32,287 nt of DNA from a bacterium. Lineage in GTDB: Bacteria; JACRDZ01; JAQUKH01. The stretch is taken from contig JAQUKH010000029.1 in assembly GCA_028719205.1 (NCBI GenBank), forward strand, positions 1-32,287. Reading direction: 5' to 3'. Numbering within the stretch: the stretch's first letter is position 1; each line of letters begins with the position of its first letter. Of this stretch, positions 8,943 to 18,727 are shown piece by piece. A program made the position numbers and the translations under genes. Below the pieces are notes generated by a model. That model saw only the letters and a list, made by a program, of their open reading frames with translations. It ran no database searches and was not told the DNA's origin.

Positions 8943-10394
8943 ATGAAAACAAGAAAAATAAATAATTATTTGTGCGCTATTTTCTTTATTATTCTTAATG
9001 CTTATACTGTTTTCGCGGTTGCAAAGGATGATATAACCAGCGGCAGAAATACAGCTATTGTACAGGCGGCAAAAAAAGTCGGTCCGGCTGTGGTAACCAT
9101 AAAAACAAGCTGGACTGTTAAAGATCAGAAAAAGGCCAATCCTTATCATAATGAACCTCTTGATCAGTTTTATCATGATTTTTTCGGGGAGATGCCGCCT
9201 CAGCAGGAGTTTAAACAGGAAAGCCTGGCTTCGGGTGTGATCATTTCGGCTGATGGTTATATATTGACTAATGAACATGTTGTAAATAGTTCAGAACAGA
9301 TAAAAGTTAAGCTTTCAGACGGAAGTGAATATGAAGGAAAATTAGAGTCTTCTGATGAAGATTCTGATATCGCGCTCGTTAAGATAAACGCTAAAAACGA
9401 TTTACCTTTCGCGGTATTAGGTGCTTCAGATGACCTTATGGTGGGAGAATGGGTAGTAGCGATAGGGAATCCGTTTGGTTTTATTGTAGATGATCCAAAA
9501 CCCACTGTGACCGTTGGTGTAGTGAGTGCGATCGGCCGGACAATACAGGCAGGCAGGCAGTTTGGCAATATGAGAGAATATACAAATCTTATCCAGACGG
9601 ACGCGGCAATTAATCCCGGCAACAGCGGAGGCCCGCTGGTAAATATATTAGGAGAGGTGATAGGTATTAATACCGCTATTTTTTCAACAAGCGGAGGGTC
9701 AGAGGGAATTGGTTTTGCTATACCGATAAATACCGCTAAAAGGATAAAAGACGATCTGCTTTCGCACGGCAGGGTTATTCGCCCTATGATCGGTATACAG
9801 CTTCAGTCATTAGACAAAAAATGGGCTCAATATTACAACCTTAAAGAAGAAAATGGGGTTTTGGTCGCGGGTATTATTCCTTCAAGCCCGGCTGAAAAAG
9901 CAGGAATAAGAAAGGGCGATATTATTTTAAAGCTTGATAATATTGAAATAAAAGACGCGCGCGATATGGTTGAGAAGGTCCAGAGCAAACGGGTTGGAGA
10001 TAAGGTTGTTTTAGAGGTTTTAAGAGACGAAATAAAATTAAATGTTGAAATAGTTTTGGAAGAAAAAGTAACAAACGGTAAAAAGGAAGCAGGAAATAAC
10101 CTGGGCATTGAAGCGGAAGATATAAATCCTGAACTGGTAAAACAATACCGGCTGTCAGATGATGAAGGTGTGGTTATTACCGGAATTAAAACGGACAGCA
10201 TCTCATTTAATATAGGCCTTAGAAAAGGCGATGTTATTAAGGAAATAAACAGGAACAAAATAAAAACGGTTTCTGATTTTAATAAAGTGTTAGAAAAACT
10301 AAATAAAGATACAATGGTCAGTATGATCGTTAATCGCCGTGGCCTTATGTTGCTGGTTACTATGGATTTAGGCGCAGGAAAGGATAAAAAATGA
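8943..10394 (+). CDS. degP: Do/DegP-family serine endopeptidase with two PDZ domains
   Basis: Catalytic triad in TNEHVV, DIAL and GNSGGPL; two PDZ repeats; signal peptide. Start at ATG 8943 after GGAGG. Confidence 0.9.
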   Translation: MKTRKINNYLCAIFFIILNAYTVFAVAKDDITSGRNTAIVQAAKKVGPAVVTIKTSWTVKDQKKANPYHNEPLDQFYHDFFGEMPPQQEFKQESLASGVIISADGYILTNEHVVNSSEQIKVKLSDGSEYEGKLESSDEDSDIALVKINAKNDLPFAVLGASDDLMVGEWVVAIGNPFGFIVDDPKPTVTVGVVSAIGRTIQAGRQFGNMREYTNLIQTDAAINPGNSGGPLVNILGEVIGINTAIFSTSGGSEGIGFAIPINTAKRIKDDLLSHGRVIRPMIGIQLQSLDKKWAQYYNLKEENGVLVAGIIPSSPAEKAGIRKGDIILKLDNIEIKDARDMVEKVQSKRVGDKVVLEVLRDEIKLNVEIVLEEKVTNGKKEAGNNLGIEAEDINPELVKQYRLSDDEGVVITGIKTDSISFNIGLRKGDVIKEINRNKIKTVSDFNKVLEKLNKDTMVSMIVNRRGLMLLVTMDLGAGKDKK

Positions 10395-11683
10395 TAAGCC
10401 GTTACAGCCGCAAAGAAATGGTTAGTGTCTGGGAAGAGGAAAATAAATTTCAGAAATGGCTGGATGTTGAGCTGGCTGTTTGTGATGCGTGGGAAAAACT
10501 GGGTAAGATCCCGAACGGTACGACAAAACGTATTACTCACAAGGCCGGTTTTTCCATTGACCGGATAAAGGCGATAGAGTCGGAAGTAAAACATGATGTT
10601 ATCGCGTTTTTAACTGCTGTGGCCGAGACGGTCGGGCCGGATTCAAGGTTTATTCATCTTGGAATGACATCCTCTGATGTTCTGGATACCGCGCTCGCCC
10701 TGCAGATGAAAGAAGCGGGACTTCTAATTTTACAGGACCTTAAAGCGTTGCTTCTGGTTTTAAAAAAACAGGCAAAAAAATATAAAAATACTTTGATGAT
10801 CGGACGGTCGCACGGGATCCATGGTGAGCCGATAACCCTGGGATTGAAATTCGCGATCTGGTATGAAGAGACAAAAAGAAATATCAGGAGGATGGAAAAT
10901 GCGGTAGACGTGATCAGTTTCGGTAAGATCTCAGGTGCTATGGGAAATTACGCGCATCTGGATCCGCGGGTTGAAAAATATGTTTGTAATAAATTACAAT
11001 TAAAACCTGCGCCTGTTTCTAACCAGATAATCCAGCGCGACCGCCACGCGGAATATCTGTCCGCTCTGGCTATTACCGCGAGTTCACTGGATAAATTCGC
11101 GACAGAAGTCCGTAACCTCCAGCGGACCGATATAGGCGAGGCGGAGGAGCCTTTTACATCAGGCCAGAAAGGTTCATCGGCAATGCCTCACAAGAAAAAT
11201 CCGATCACATGCGAGCAGGTCTCCGGCCTTGCCAGGATAGTTCGTTCTAACGCGCAGGCGGGTTTTGAGAATGTTATTCTCTGGCATGAGCGCGATATCA
11301 GCCATTCGTCCGTGGAACGCGTAATTTTGCCTGACAGCACGATCCTGGTTGATTATATGCTTAATAAAATGATAAATGTTTTAGGGAATCTTCGTGTTTA
11401 TCCGGACCGGATGCTGAAAAATATCGGGCAGAATAAAGGGATAATTTTTTCTCAAAGGCTTCTATTGAAATTGATCGACAAGGGTTTGACAAGGGAAGAG
11501 AGTTACCGTTTGATCCAGTCCAGCGCGTTAAAAACACAAGATTCAAGCGATAGCTTTTTGAATGAAATCCTGCAAAATGAAAACGTCAAAAAATATTTAT
11601 CGGATAAAGAGATAAAGGATTGTTTTGACCTGAAATATTATTTAAAGAACAACGATCATATTTTTAAACAGGTAGGTATATAA
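10391..11683 (+). CDS. purB: Adenylosuccinate lyase
   Basis: MISRY, HDVIAF, HLGMTSSD, GRSHGIH, GSSAMPHKKNP, WHERDISHSSVER. Confidence 0.98.
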   Translation: MISRYSRKEMVSVWEEENKFQKWLDVELAVCDAWEKLGKIPNGTTKRITHKAGFSIDRIKAIESEVKHDVIAFLTAVAETVGPDSRFIHLGMTSSDVLDTALALQMKEAGLLILQDLKALLLVLKKQAKKYKNTLMIGRSHGIHGEPITLGLKFAIWYEETKRNIRRMENAVDVISFGKISGAMGNYAHLDPRVEKYVCNKLQLKPAPVSNQIIQRDRHAEYLSALAITASSLDKFATEVRNLQRTDIGEAEEPFTSGQKGSSAMPHKKNPITCEQVSGLARIVRSNAQAGFENVILWHERDISHSSVERVILPDSTILVDYMLNKMINVLGNLRVYPDRMLKNIGQNKGIIFSQRLLLKLIDKGLTREESYRLIQSSALKTQDSSDSFLNEILQNENVKKYLSDKEIKDCFDLKYYLKNNDHIFKQVGI

Positions 11684-12217
11684 ATGTTATTTCCAAAAGA
11701 AAGGATCAGGATCTATGCCGCGTGGCTCGCGGCGATTTTTTTATTCGCCTCAAGCAGGAACGCGAAAATTTCGTGGTGGGCCATCGCTTTCGCGTTGATA
11801 GGCGTGATAATACGCACCTGGGCTTGCGGTTACCTGCAAAAAAACAAAAGTGTTATTGCTTCAGGCCCATATCAATATACCCGGAATCCTCTATATCTTG
11901 GCAGTTTTATTATCGGCCTGGGATTTTTTCTGGCTGTGCAGAATATATTGGTGGTTTTGCTTTTAGCCGTTATTTTTTCTTATATTTATTATCCTGTGAT
12001 TCTGGATGAAGAAAGGATATTAGGAGAAATATTCGGTGATGAGTTTAAAAGATATATGGCACAAGTCCCGCGTATGATTCCGAACCTGACCCTGAAACCT
12101 TTCTCAGAAGAAAAAACTAAGTTTTCCTGGGAAAATGTTTTTAAGAATAAGGAATATAACGCCTGGCTCGGATACCTGCTTGCCTTGGGGCTTATTTTTC
12201 TAATAAGAATATTGTAA
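11684..12217 (+). CDS. Isoprenylcysteine carboxyl methyltransferase (ICMT/PEMT)-family membrane protein
   Basis: GPYQYTRNPLYLG, EERIL, FGDEFKRYMAQVPR and multiple TM segments. Confidence 0.85.
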   Translation: MLFPKERIRIYAAWLAAIFLFASSRNAKISWWAIAFALIGVIIRTWACGYLQKNKSVIASGPYQYTRNPLYLGSFIIGLGFFLAVQNILVVLLLAVIFSYIYYPVILDEERILGEIFGDEFKRYMAQVPRMIPNLTLKPFSEEKTKFSWENVFKNKEYNAWLGYLLALGLIFLIRIL

Positions 12218-12236
12218 TGGGATTGGAACGCGAAGA

Positions 12237-12296
12237 GCGGGCTAATGAAACATCAGCCCGCCCCTGCTATCGCCCCTCATGGGGACGGTGCGTTTT
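12237..12296. terminator. Tandem hairpins between convergent genes, probable terminator
   Basis: GCGGGCTAATG-AAA-CATCAGCCCGC (12237-12261) and GCTATCGCCCC-TCAT-GGGGACGGTGC (12266-12291), followed by GTTTT. Confidence 0.5.
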
Positions 12297-12325
12297 AAAA
12301 CTTTTTAAGAGGAATAGCGCAGATT

Positions 12326-13447
12326 CTATCGAACCGACTGGTACCCGCCCATCATTCCTTTTTTTGAAAAAACGATCTGCCATAATTGTAAGGACCGGGC
12401 GCGAAACGATCCGGCAAAACTCATGAGATAATATTTCCACATCCTGTAAAATCTCTCATCATAAATATTTTTTAATTTGTACCAGCTTTTGTCAAAATTA
12501 TTAAACCATGCGGTTAAGGTCAGGTCGTAATCTGCGCCAAAGTTATGCCAGTCTTCAATAATAAATAAGCCTTCAATAGCGGCGCTTATTTGTTTTGCTG
12601 AAGGAACCATGGAGTTAGGAAAAATATATTTGGTGCTCCATTGGTCAGTGTTTATGCTTGTCCGGCTGTTTCCGATAGTATGCAGCAAGAAAATCCCGCC
12701 GTCTTTTAAACAGCGGTTAACCATTTTCATGTAATTACTGTAATTTTTATATCCTACATGTTCAAACATTCCTATTGAAATTATATGATCAAATTTTTCG
12801 TTTAAATCCCTGTAGTCCTGCAATCTTATTTCCACAGGCAATCCCCGGCAGGATTCTTTCGCGAAATTGGCCTGTTCTTTTGACACAGTTATGCCTACCG
12901 TTTTCGCTTTATATTTTTCCGCCGCGTATTTTGTGAAACTGCCCCAGCCGCATCCTATATCAAGAACTGTGTCTCCCTTTTGTAATCCGATTTTCCGGCA
13001 GACAAGATCGAGTTTAGCCTCCTGGGCGTCATCAAGATTATTTATATTTTTCCAATAGCCGCAGCTGTATACCATTCTTTTATCCAGCATATTTTTAAAA
13101 AGTTCATTGCCCAGGTCATAATGTTTTTCCGCGATCTCAAAGGCATTTGATCTGTTACCTGTGTTAAAGATGTGATTCTTTAAAATATAAAAAAGCAATT
13201 CCATATTTGTTTTGATCTTTTTTTCGGGATCTGTCGGGATGATTTTACAGAAGAAATCATCCAGCCGGTCACAATCCCACCAGTCAGCCATATAAGATTC
13301 GCCCAGCCCCAGGGCGCCGCCGGTGAGTATTTTATTGTAGAAGTTTTTATTTTTGATTTTCAGGTCCCATGGCCTGTTCCCGTTTATGGTAATATCCGCG
13401 GGTTGTAAAATTTTCTGTATAATATTTTTTGATTCTGAAAACTCCAT
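12326..13447 (-). CDS. cfa: Cyclopropane-fatty-acyl-phospholipid synthase
   Basis: LGLGESYM, HYDLGNELF, YSCGYW, VLDIGCGWG, SIGMFEHVG, KYIFP, RMWKYYL. Confidence 0.95.
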   Translation of the reverse strand: MEFSESKNIIQKILQPADITINGNRPWDLKIKNKNFYNKILTGGALGLGESYMADWWDCDRLDDFFCKIIPTDPEKKIKTNMELLFYILKNHIFNTGNRSNAFEIAEKHYDLGNELFKNMLDKRMVYSCGYWKNINNLDDAQEAKLDLVCRKIGLQKGDTVLDIGCGWGSFTKYAAEKYKAKTVGITVSKEQANFAKESCRGLPVEIRLQDYRDLNEKFDHIISIGMFEHVGYKNYSNYMKMVNRCLKDGGIFLLHTIGNSRTSINTDQWSTKYIFPNSMVPSAKQISAAIEGLFIIEDWHNFGADYDLTLTAWFNNFDKSWYKLKNIYDERFYRMWKYYLMSFAGSFRARSLQLWQIVFSKKGMMGGYQSVR

Positions 13448-13528
13448 GTAACTAATAGTACATCTAATCTAAAAAAAATGAATTGGCTAAATCCACTTTA
13501 TTTTGACTGTTTTCTACTATAAAAAAAT

Positions 13529-14287
13529 CTAAAGTTTAAAGATCTCTTTCAATTTTCTGGTCTGTATCCGGCTGACGGGTATTTCATTCTGTTCGGTGTC
13601 GTCCATTTGAAGGATGTAGGTACTGCTGAAAAACGGGATTATTTCCTTAACGTAATTAAGATTGACAAGATAAGTCCGGTTGGCGCGGAAGAAAAAATAG
13701 GGGGTTAACCGCTCTTCCAATTGTCCCAGGTTAAGATTGGTCGTATATTTTTCCGATCCCGCTTTTATGAACACCAGGCCGTCTTTAACGAAGGCGTATT
13801 TTATATCTTCTATTTTTAATATGGCAAGTTTTTTGCCTTTATGCGCGAGGATCCTGCCGAATTTCTGCTGTTCAGGCTGGGACTTGGTTTGCAGAGAAAA
13901 TTTCTTGACGATCTCTCCCTGATAGATCCGTTTGATCTTATCTATAGTCTGCCTGACTCTTTTTTCATCAAAAGGTTTCAGGATGTAATCTATCGCGTCA
14001 ACCTCATAAGCAGGGATGGCGTGTTCATCATAGGCTGTAACGAAAATGATCAAGGGCGTATAATCAGCCATTTTATTTATTTTTTTAGCGGCGTCAATGC
14101 CGTTAATCCCGGGCATATGAATATCGAGAAATAAAATATCATACTCATTCTTTTTAAGCAATTCAAGTGTTTCATGGGCGTTGTTGGCTTCGGAGATTTC
14201 ACCTATTTCGGGTATGCGTTCCAGGATGAAATGCAGTTCATCCCGCGCCGGTTTTTCATCATCAACAATTAAAGCTTTAATATCCAT
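13529..14287 (-). CDS. LytTR-family response regulator
   Basis: Receiver motifs IVDDE, FLDIHMPG, FVTAY, DYILKPF; C-terminal LytTR domain FFRANRTYLVN and IPVSR. Confidence 0.93.
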   Translation of the reverse strand: MDIKALIVDDEKPARDELHFILERIPEIGEISEANNAHETLELLKKNEYDILFLDIHMPGINGIDAAKKINKMADYTPLIIFVTAYDEHAIPAYEVDAIDYILKPFDEKRVRQTIDKIKRIYQGEIVKKFSLQTKSQPEQQKFGRILAHKGKKLAILKIEDIKYAFVKDGLVFIKAGSEKYTTNLNLGQLEERLTPYFFFRANRTYLVNLNYVKEIIPFFSSTYILQMDDTEQNEIPVSRIQTRKLKEIFKL

Positions 14288-14295
14288 ATTTTTTC

Positions 14296-15702
14296 CTATC
14301 TGATCGGAATCCTGAGAATGATCGTAGTTCCCTTATCGATCGCGCTTTCGATCTTTGGTTCATATTCATCTCCATAAATTGTTTTCAGCCTTTCATAGAC
14401 ATTATTTATTCCTAAACCTGTCCCGTTAACCGAATCAAACGTTTTTAATTTATCTTTTGGCGGCATTCCGACGCCGTCATCCTTAATGGTGATCTTTATT
14501 TCGCCGTTTTCTTTTTGCGCGCGGATGCTTATAACATTCTTATCGGGTTTTTTTTCAATATCTCTATAGGCAAACCCGTGTTTGAGCGAATTTTCAATTA
14601 AGGGCTGTAAAATAAGCACAGGGACTTTATATGGCAAAGTGGCAGGATCGATGTTCTTTTCAATCAAAAGTGAGGTACCGAACCGCGCTTTTTCAAAGGA
14701 CAGATAATCATCAATATATTCCAGTTCTTCTTCAAGTGAAACAAAATTTTCATGCTGTTTAAGGCTTTTCCGGAAAAACTGGGAGAACTTAATAAGAAGC
14801 GTCCGCGCGTCTTCCGGTTTGGTCCGGTAGAAGCTTGCTATTGTATTCAGCGTGTTAAACAGAAAATGAGGATTTATCTGGGCCCTGAGCGCTTTTAATT
14901 CGGCTTCGGTCTTCAACTGGTTCAGGATCTCCAGTTCCGCCAATTCTGTTTGTATGCTTAAAAGCTGCGCGAGATGTATGGCAAGATTTATCTTACTCGG
15001 GGTAATCCTGGAAAGGTCTGTCTGGTAGATTTTCAGGGTGCCGATAACTTCAGTATTACTTTTTAACGGCGCTATTACCGCGCCTGACAACGGGCAAGTC
15101 GCGATAGGGCACCCGATCTCATGTTTAGTACCTATTACTTTTATTTCTCCTGTTTCAATTACATCCCGTGTTGCCTTGGTCAGGATAGATTCACCGACAT
15201 GGTGATGGTCCGAGCCGGTTCCTTCATATGCTAAAATTTTTTTCCGGTCGGTAATAGCCACCGCGGAAACATCTGTTATCTGCAAAATTATCTTCGCGGT
15301 TTTTTTAGCTGTTTCCTGGTTTAATCCAAGCCTTAAAAAAGGCAGGGTCTGTCCCGCGATCTCCAATGTCCTGTGTGATTGGATGGCTTCCTGATGTTCA
15401 TAAGAGATCTCAATATTGCTTAATATTATATTGATGATAATAAGGCTTATAAAGATGGTGATCCCGAAGGGGATGGCTTGTAATTTTATTTCGTTAATTA
15501 TATTCGCTATTGAAATAAAATTATGGCCGAATGAAAAATATATTACGATCAAAAGAAAAGAAAAATAGGCCAAAATTCGTTTTGGCCAGGTAATTTTGGG
15601 ATAAAAGGCCTGCCTGAAGAACTCAATTTGGCTGACGGCATAATAAAATATTATGACCAAAGAAGCCCTGGATATTAAGGCATAAAATTGTTCAAGCAGC
15701 AT
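14296..15702 (-). CDS. LytS/YehU-family sensor histidine kinase (short TM region, GAF, His_kinase, HATPase)
   Basis: LRAQINPHFLFNTLN H-box, LQPLIENSLKHG, DDGVG, GLGINNVYERL, GAF segment VAITDRKKILAYEG. Confidence 0.92.
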   Translation of the reverse strand: MLLEQFYALISRASLVIIFYYAVSQIEFFRQAFYPKITWPKRILAYFSFLLIVIYFSFGHNFISIANIINEIKLQAIPFGITIFISLIIINIILSNIEISYEHQEAIQSHRTLEIAGQTLPFLRLGLNQETAKKTAKIILQITDVSAVAITDRKKILAYEGTGSDHHHVGESILTKATRDVIETGEIKVIGTKHEIGCPIATCPLSGAVIAPLKSNTEVIGTLKIYQTDLSRITPSKINLAIHLAQLLSIQTELAELEILNQLKTEAELKALRAQINPHFLFNTLNTIASFYRTKPEDARTLLIKFSQFFRKSLKQHENFVSLEEELEYIDDYLSFEKARFGTSLLIEKNIDPATLPYKVPVLILQPLIENSLKHGFAYRDIEKKPDKNVISIRAQKENGEIKITIKDDGVGMPPKDKLKTFDSVNGTGLGINNVYERLKTIYGDEYEPKIESAIDKGTTIILRIPIR

Positions 15703-15708
15703 TTCTTG

Positions 15709-16797
15709 TTATTTTCCTCCGAAATGAAAAGCTTTAAATGAAGGCAAATAAAATTTTATTATATCACTGTAAGAAGCGAAGAAAAGCAGAAAAAGTAAAA
15801 GAGCCCACCCGATCTGCTGTGCGATCAATTGATGTTTCAGCTTAACAGGGCTGCCTTTTATTTTTTCAATAAGCATTACTAAAAGATATCCGCCGTCCAA
15901 AGGAAGGATAGGGAATAAGTTGATAGTTCCAAGATTAATACCGAGCAGGGCGGCAAAAAACAAAAGATTTAAAAATCCCTGTTTAGCCTGCTCGCCTGTT
16001 ATTTTAATAATGCCAAGCGGCCCCGCGACTTCCGCCTGGATCTTTCCCGTGATCATAAGGTAAATACCTTTTATTATGCTTGTGCCGATGGTCCACGTCT
16101 GGCTTAATGCCTTGCCGGCCGCTGTAAGCGGATCAAATCTCTCTTTAACAAAATCATAGGCAGAACTTATACCGATTATCCCGACCTTAGTTCTTTCCTG
16201 CAATTCCGGAGTTATTTCCAGTTCTATATTAGCCCCGTCTCTTTCAATAGTAAGCATAAGTTTTTTGCCGGCGCTTTCCTGGATGATTTTTGTCATTTCT
16301 TCCCATTTCCAAAGAGCTTTTGTATCGATTGCTATTATCTTGTCGTTTGGTTTTATTCCCGCTTTAGCCGCGGCGCCGTTTTCCACGACAGTTCCTATTT
16401 TAGTAGTCAGGGTAGGGACTCCTGTCATAAATATCAGCAGAAAAATTACCGTTCCGAGCAAAATGTTCGCCAGGGAGCCTGCCACAATAATCAATGAACG
16501 TTTGAGTTTAGACTGGTTATAGAAACTCCGCGGATCGTCATCTTTTTTGGCGGAAGGGTCTTCCTTTAATAATTCTTCTATATCTTCCCCCGCCATTTTC
16601 ACGTAACCCCCGATAGGAATAGCTGAAAACCTGTATTCAGTCTCTCCGCGGGTAAATCCGAAGACTTTCGGCCCCATGCCGATCGAGAATATATCCACTT
16701 TTACGTTTAGTTTTTTCGCGGTTATGAAATGCCCAAGCTCGTGGACTAAAACCAGTATCCCAAGAACAAAAATTGTTGAAATTAGTGTTAAAAACAT
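15709..16797 (-). CDS. rseP: RIP metalloprotease RseP
   Basis: HELGH, FSIGMGP, IPIGGYVKM, PDZ domain, NLFPILPLDGG. Confidence 0.96.
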   Translation of the reverse strand: MFLTLISTIFVLGILVLVHELGHFITAKKLNVKVDIFSIGMGPKVFGFTRGETEYRFSAIPIGGYVKMAGEDIEELLKEDPSAKKDDDPRSFYNQSKLKRSLIIVAGSLANILLGTVIFLLIFMTGVPTLTTKIGTVVENGAAAKAGIKPNDKIIAIDTKALWKWEEMTKIIQESAGKKLMLTIERDGANIELEITPELQERTKVGIIGISSAYDFVKERFDPLTAAGKALSQTWTIGTSIIKGIYLMITGKIQAEVAGPLGIIKITGEQAKQGFLNLLFFAALLGINLGTINLFPILPLDGGYLLVMLIEKIKGSPVKLKHQLIAQQIGWALLLFLLFFASYSDIIKFYLPSFKAFHFGGK

Positions 16798-17936
16798 AAT
16801 TTTTCAGATTCCTTTCTAGCCCACGAATCAGCACTTAATATTTCTTCTAACCTTGGATTAGAAACAGGGTCATGTTTATCGATTACTGTTTTTATTATCC
16901 TGCTGATGTCGGTAAACTTTATTTTATTTGTTAAAAATGAATGAACAGCCGTTTCATTAGCCGCGTTTAATACAGCGGGCATGGTCCCGCCGGTTATGCC
17001 TGCCCGATACGCGTAAGAAAGGCAGGGATATCTATCCATATCCGGTTCCTTAAAAGATAAATTTTTGATAGAGTTCATATCCAGAGAAGGAAGATATCCT
17101 TTTTTCTTTTCAGGGTAGGTCAGCGCGTGTTGTATAGGAATGCGCATATCCGTTCTGCTTAAAACCGCCATAAAATTCCCGTCGATTAATTCGACTAACC
17201 CGTGAACTATACTTTCAGGATGGATCAGTACCTTTACTTTATCAAAACTTATGTCAAAAAGATATTTTGCCTCTATAACCTCAAAGCCTTTATTCATCAT
17301 AGTAGCTGAATCAACGGATATTTTTGCCCCCATTTTCCAGCGCGGGTGTTTTACCGTTTCCGCGGGGGTTACATTTTTTAAAAATTTTTTTTCAAGATTC
17401 AGGAACGGCCCTCCGGAAGCAGTAAGGATTATATTCTTGATAAATTTTGGCCTGATATTTTCAAGGCATTGGAATATGGCGTTGTGTTCGCTGTCTATCG
17501 GGATTATTTTAACTTTTCTTTTTTTAGCCTCTTTTAAGATAAGGCCACCCGCCATAACCAGTGTTTCTTTATTTGCCAGGGCGATATTTATGCCTGCTTC
17601 AATTGCCGCCATGGTCGGGATCAATCCCGCGGATCCCACGATCCCGGAAACAACAAGGTCCGCTTTTTCGAAGGAAGCGGCTTTTATTAATCCTTCAATG
17701 CCGGATACTACTTCTATTTTTTTACCCTTAAGCCTTGAAGAAACAAGTTTAGCCTTCTCACTATTTGTGATAGCCACGATCTCAGGCCGGAATTTTATTG
17801 CCTGCTGGACCAGAAGCTCAACATTTGAATTAGCGGTAAGGCCGGTTACTTTAAAATCATCAGGAAAATTTTCAATAACATCCAGTGTGGATGTGCCAAT
17901 TGACCCGGTTGAACCTAAAATCGTTATATTTTTCAT
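16788..17936 (-). CDS. dxr: 1-deoxy-D-xylulose-5-phosphate reductoisomerase
   Basis: LGSTGSIG, LANKETLV, PIDSEHNA, LTASGGPF, WKMGAKISVDSATMMNKG. Confidence 0.98.
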   Translation of the reverse strand: MKNITILGSTGSIGTSTLDVIENFPDDFKVTGLTANSNVELLVQQAIKFRPEIVAITNSEKAKLVSSRLKGKKIEVVSGIEGLIKAASFEKADLVVSGIVGSAGLIPTMAAIEAGINIALANKETLVMAGGLILKEAKKRKVKIIPIDSEHNAIFQCLENIRPKFIKNIILTASGGPFLNLEKKFLKNVTPAETVKHPRWKMGAKISVDSATMMNKGFEVIEAKYLFDISFDKVKVLIHPESIVHGLVELIDGNFMAVLSRTDMRIPIQHALTYPEKKKGYLPSLDMNSIKNLSFKEPDMDRYPCLSYAYRAGITGGTMPAVLNAANETAVHSFLTNKIKFTDISRIIKTVIDKHDPVSNPRLEEILSADSWARKESEKLCF

Positions 17937-18727
17937 TTTTCCAACACCAATTTCACGTAATAATAAAAAATGGGTATAGTAAAAAACAGGCTGTCAAACC
18001 TGTCTAAAACACCGCCATGCCCGGGTAATAAATTTCCGGAATCTTTTATACCGGCCTTTCGTTTTAAAGCCGATTCAAAAAGATCGCCTGTCTGGGCTAC
18101 AATGCTGAAAATGATACCTATGAGAAAACATTGCGGCAAAGCCAGTGTTGGAATAAAAGTCATTTTAGCCAACAGGGTAACTAAAACAGCGCCGATAATT
18201 CCCGCGACAGCTCCTTCTTTTGTTTTTTTCGGGCTTATGCCGGGAGCTAATTTATGCTTGCCGAAATTCACGCCTATGAAATATGCCGAAGTATCGGTAA
18301 CCCAGACTAACAGAAAAATAAAAAAAACATATTTAGCGCCAAGGCCTTCAATATTCCTTAAAAAAATAAGATGCAGGAAAAAATAAGTTATATAAATATT
18401 TCCGAGGCTAGCCAGTAAAAAATATTTTTTATTGATCTTATTATAATACAAAACCCATATCGCGCCGATCACGGCGAGGAGCGACAGGAAAATAATATTA
18501 AAATATTTAAAAGTATTCATTAACGCGAAAGAGCATAAAATGAATGAAAAAACGGTAAAAATAATAAAATCGAATTTTATCGGGAGCTTTACCATAAGAT
18601 AATATTCTCTCATAGCTAAAATAACTATTATCCACGCCAGGACGGAAAGTAATAACGGGCTATAAAAAATTATTGCCGTAATGATAGGAATAGCGATCAT
18701 TCCTGTGATTATTCGTTCTCTGAGCAT
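17933..18727 (-). CDS. cdsA: Phosphatidate cytidylyltransferase
   Basis: ISPKKTKEG and GDLFESALKR...KDSG...PGHGGVLDRFDS. Confidence 0.96.
   Translation of the reverse strand: MLRERIITGMIAIPIITAIIFYSPLLLSVLAWIIVILAMREYYLMVKLPIKFDFIIFTVFSFILCSFALMNTFKYFNIIFLSLLAVIGAIWVLYYNKINKKYFLLASLGNIYITYFFLHLIFLRNIEGLGAKYVFFIFLLVWVTDTSAYFIGVNFGKHKLAPGISPKKTKEGAVAGIIGAVLVTLLAKMTFIPTLALPQCFLIGIIFSIVAQTGDLFESALKRKAGIKDSGNLLPGHGGVLDRFDSLFFTIPIFYYYVKLVLEK

Noticed and set aside
9833-10594. 253-aa minus-strand ORF
   Set aside because: Antisense shadow of degP/purB with no recognisable motifs.
12217-12426. 69-aa plus-strand ORF after the ICMT-like gene
   Set aside because: It runs through terminator-like hairpins and overlaps cfa antisense.
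17251-17979. 242-aa plus-strand ORF
   Set aside because: Antisense shadow of dxr.
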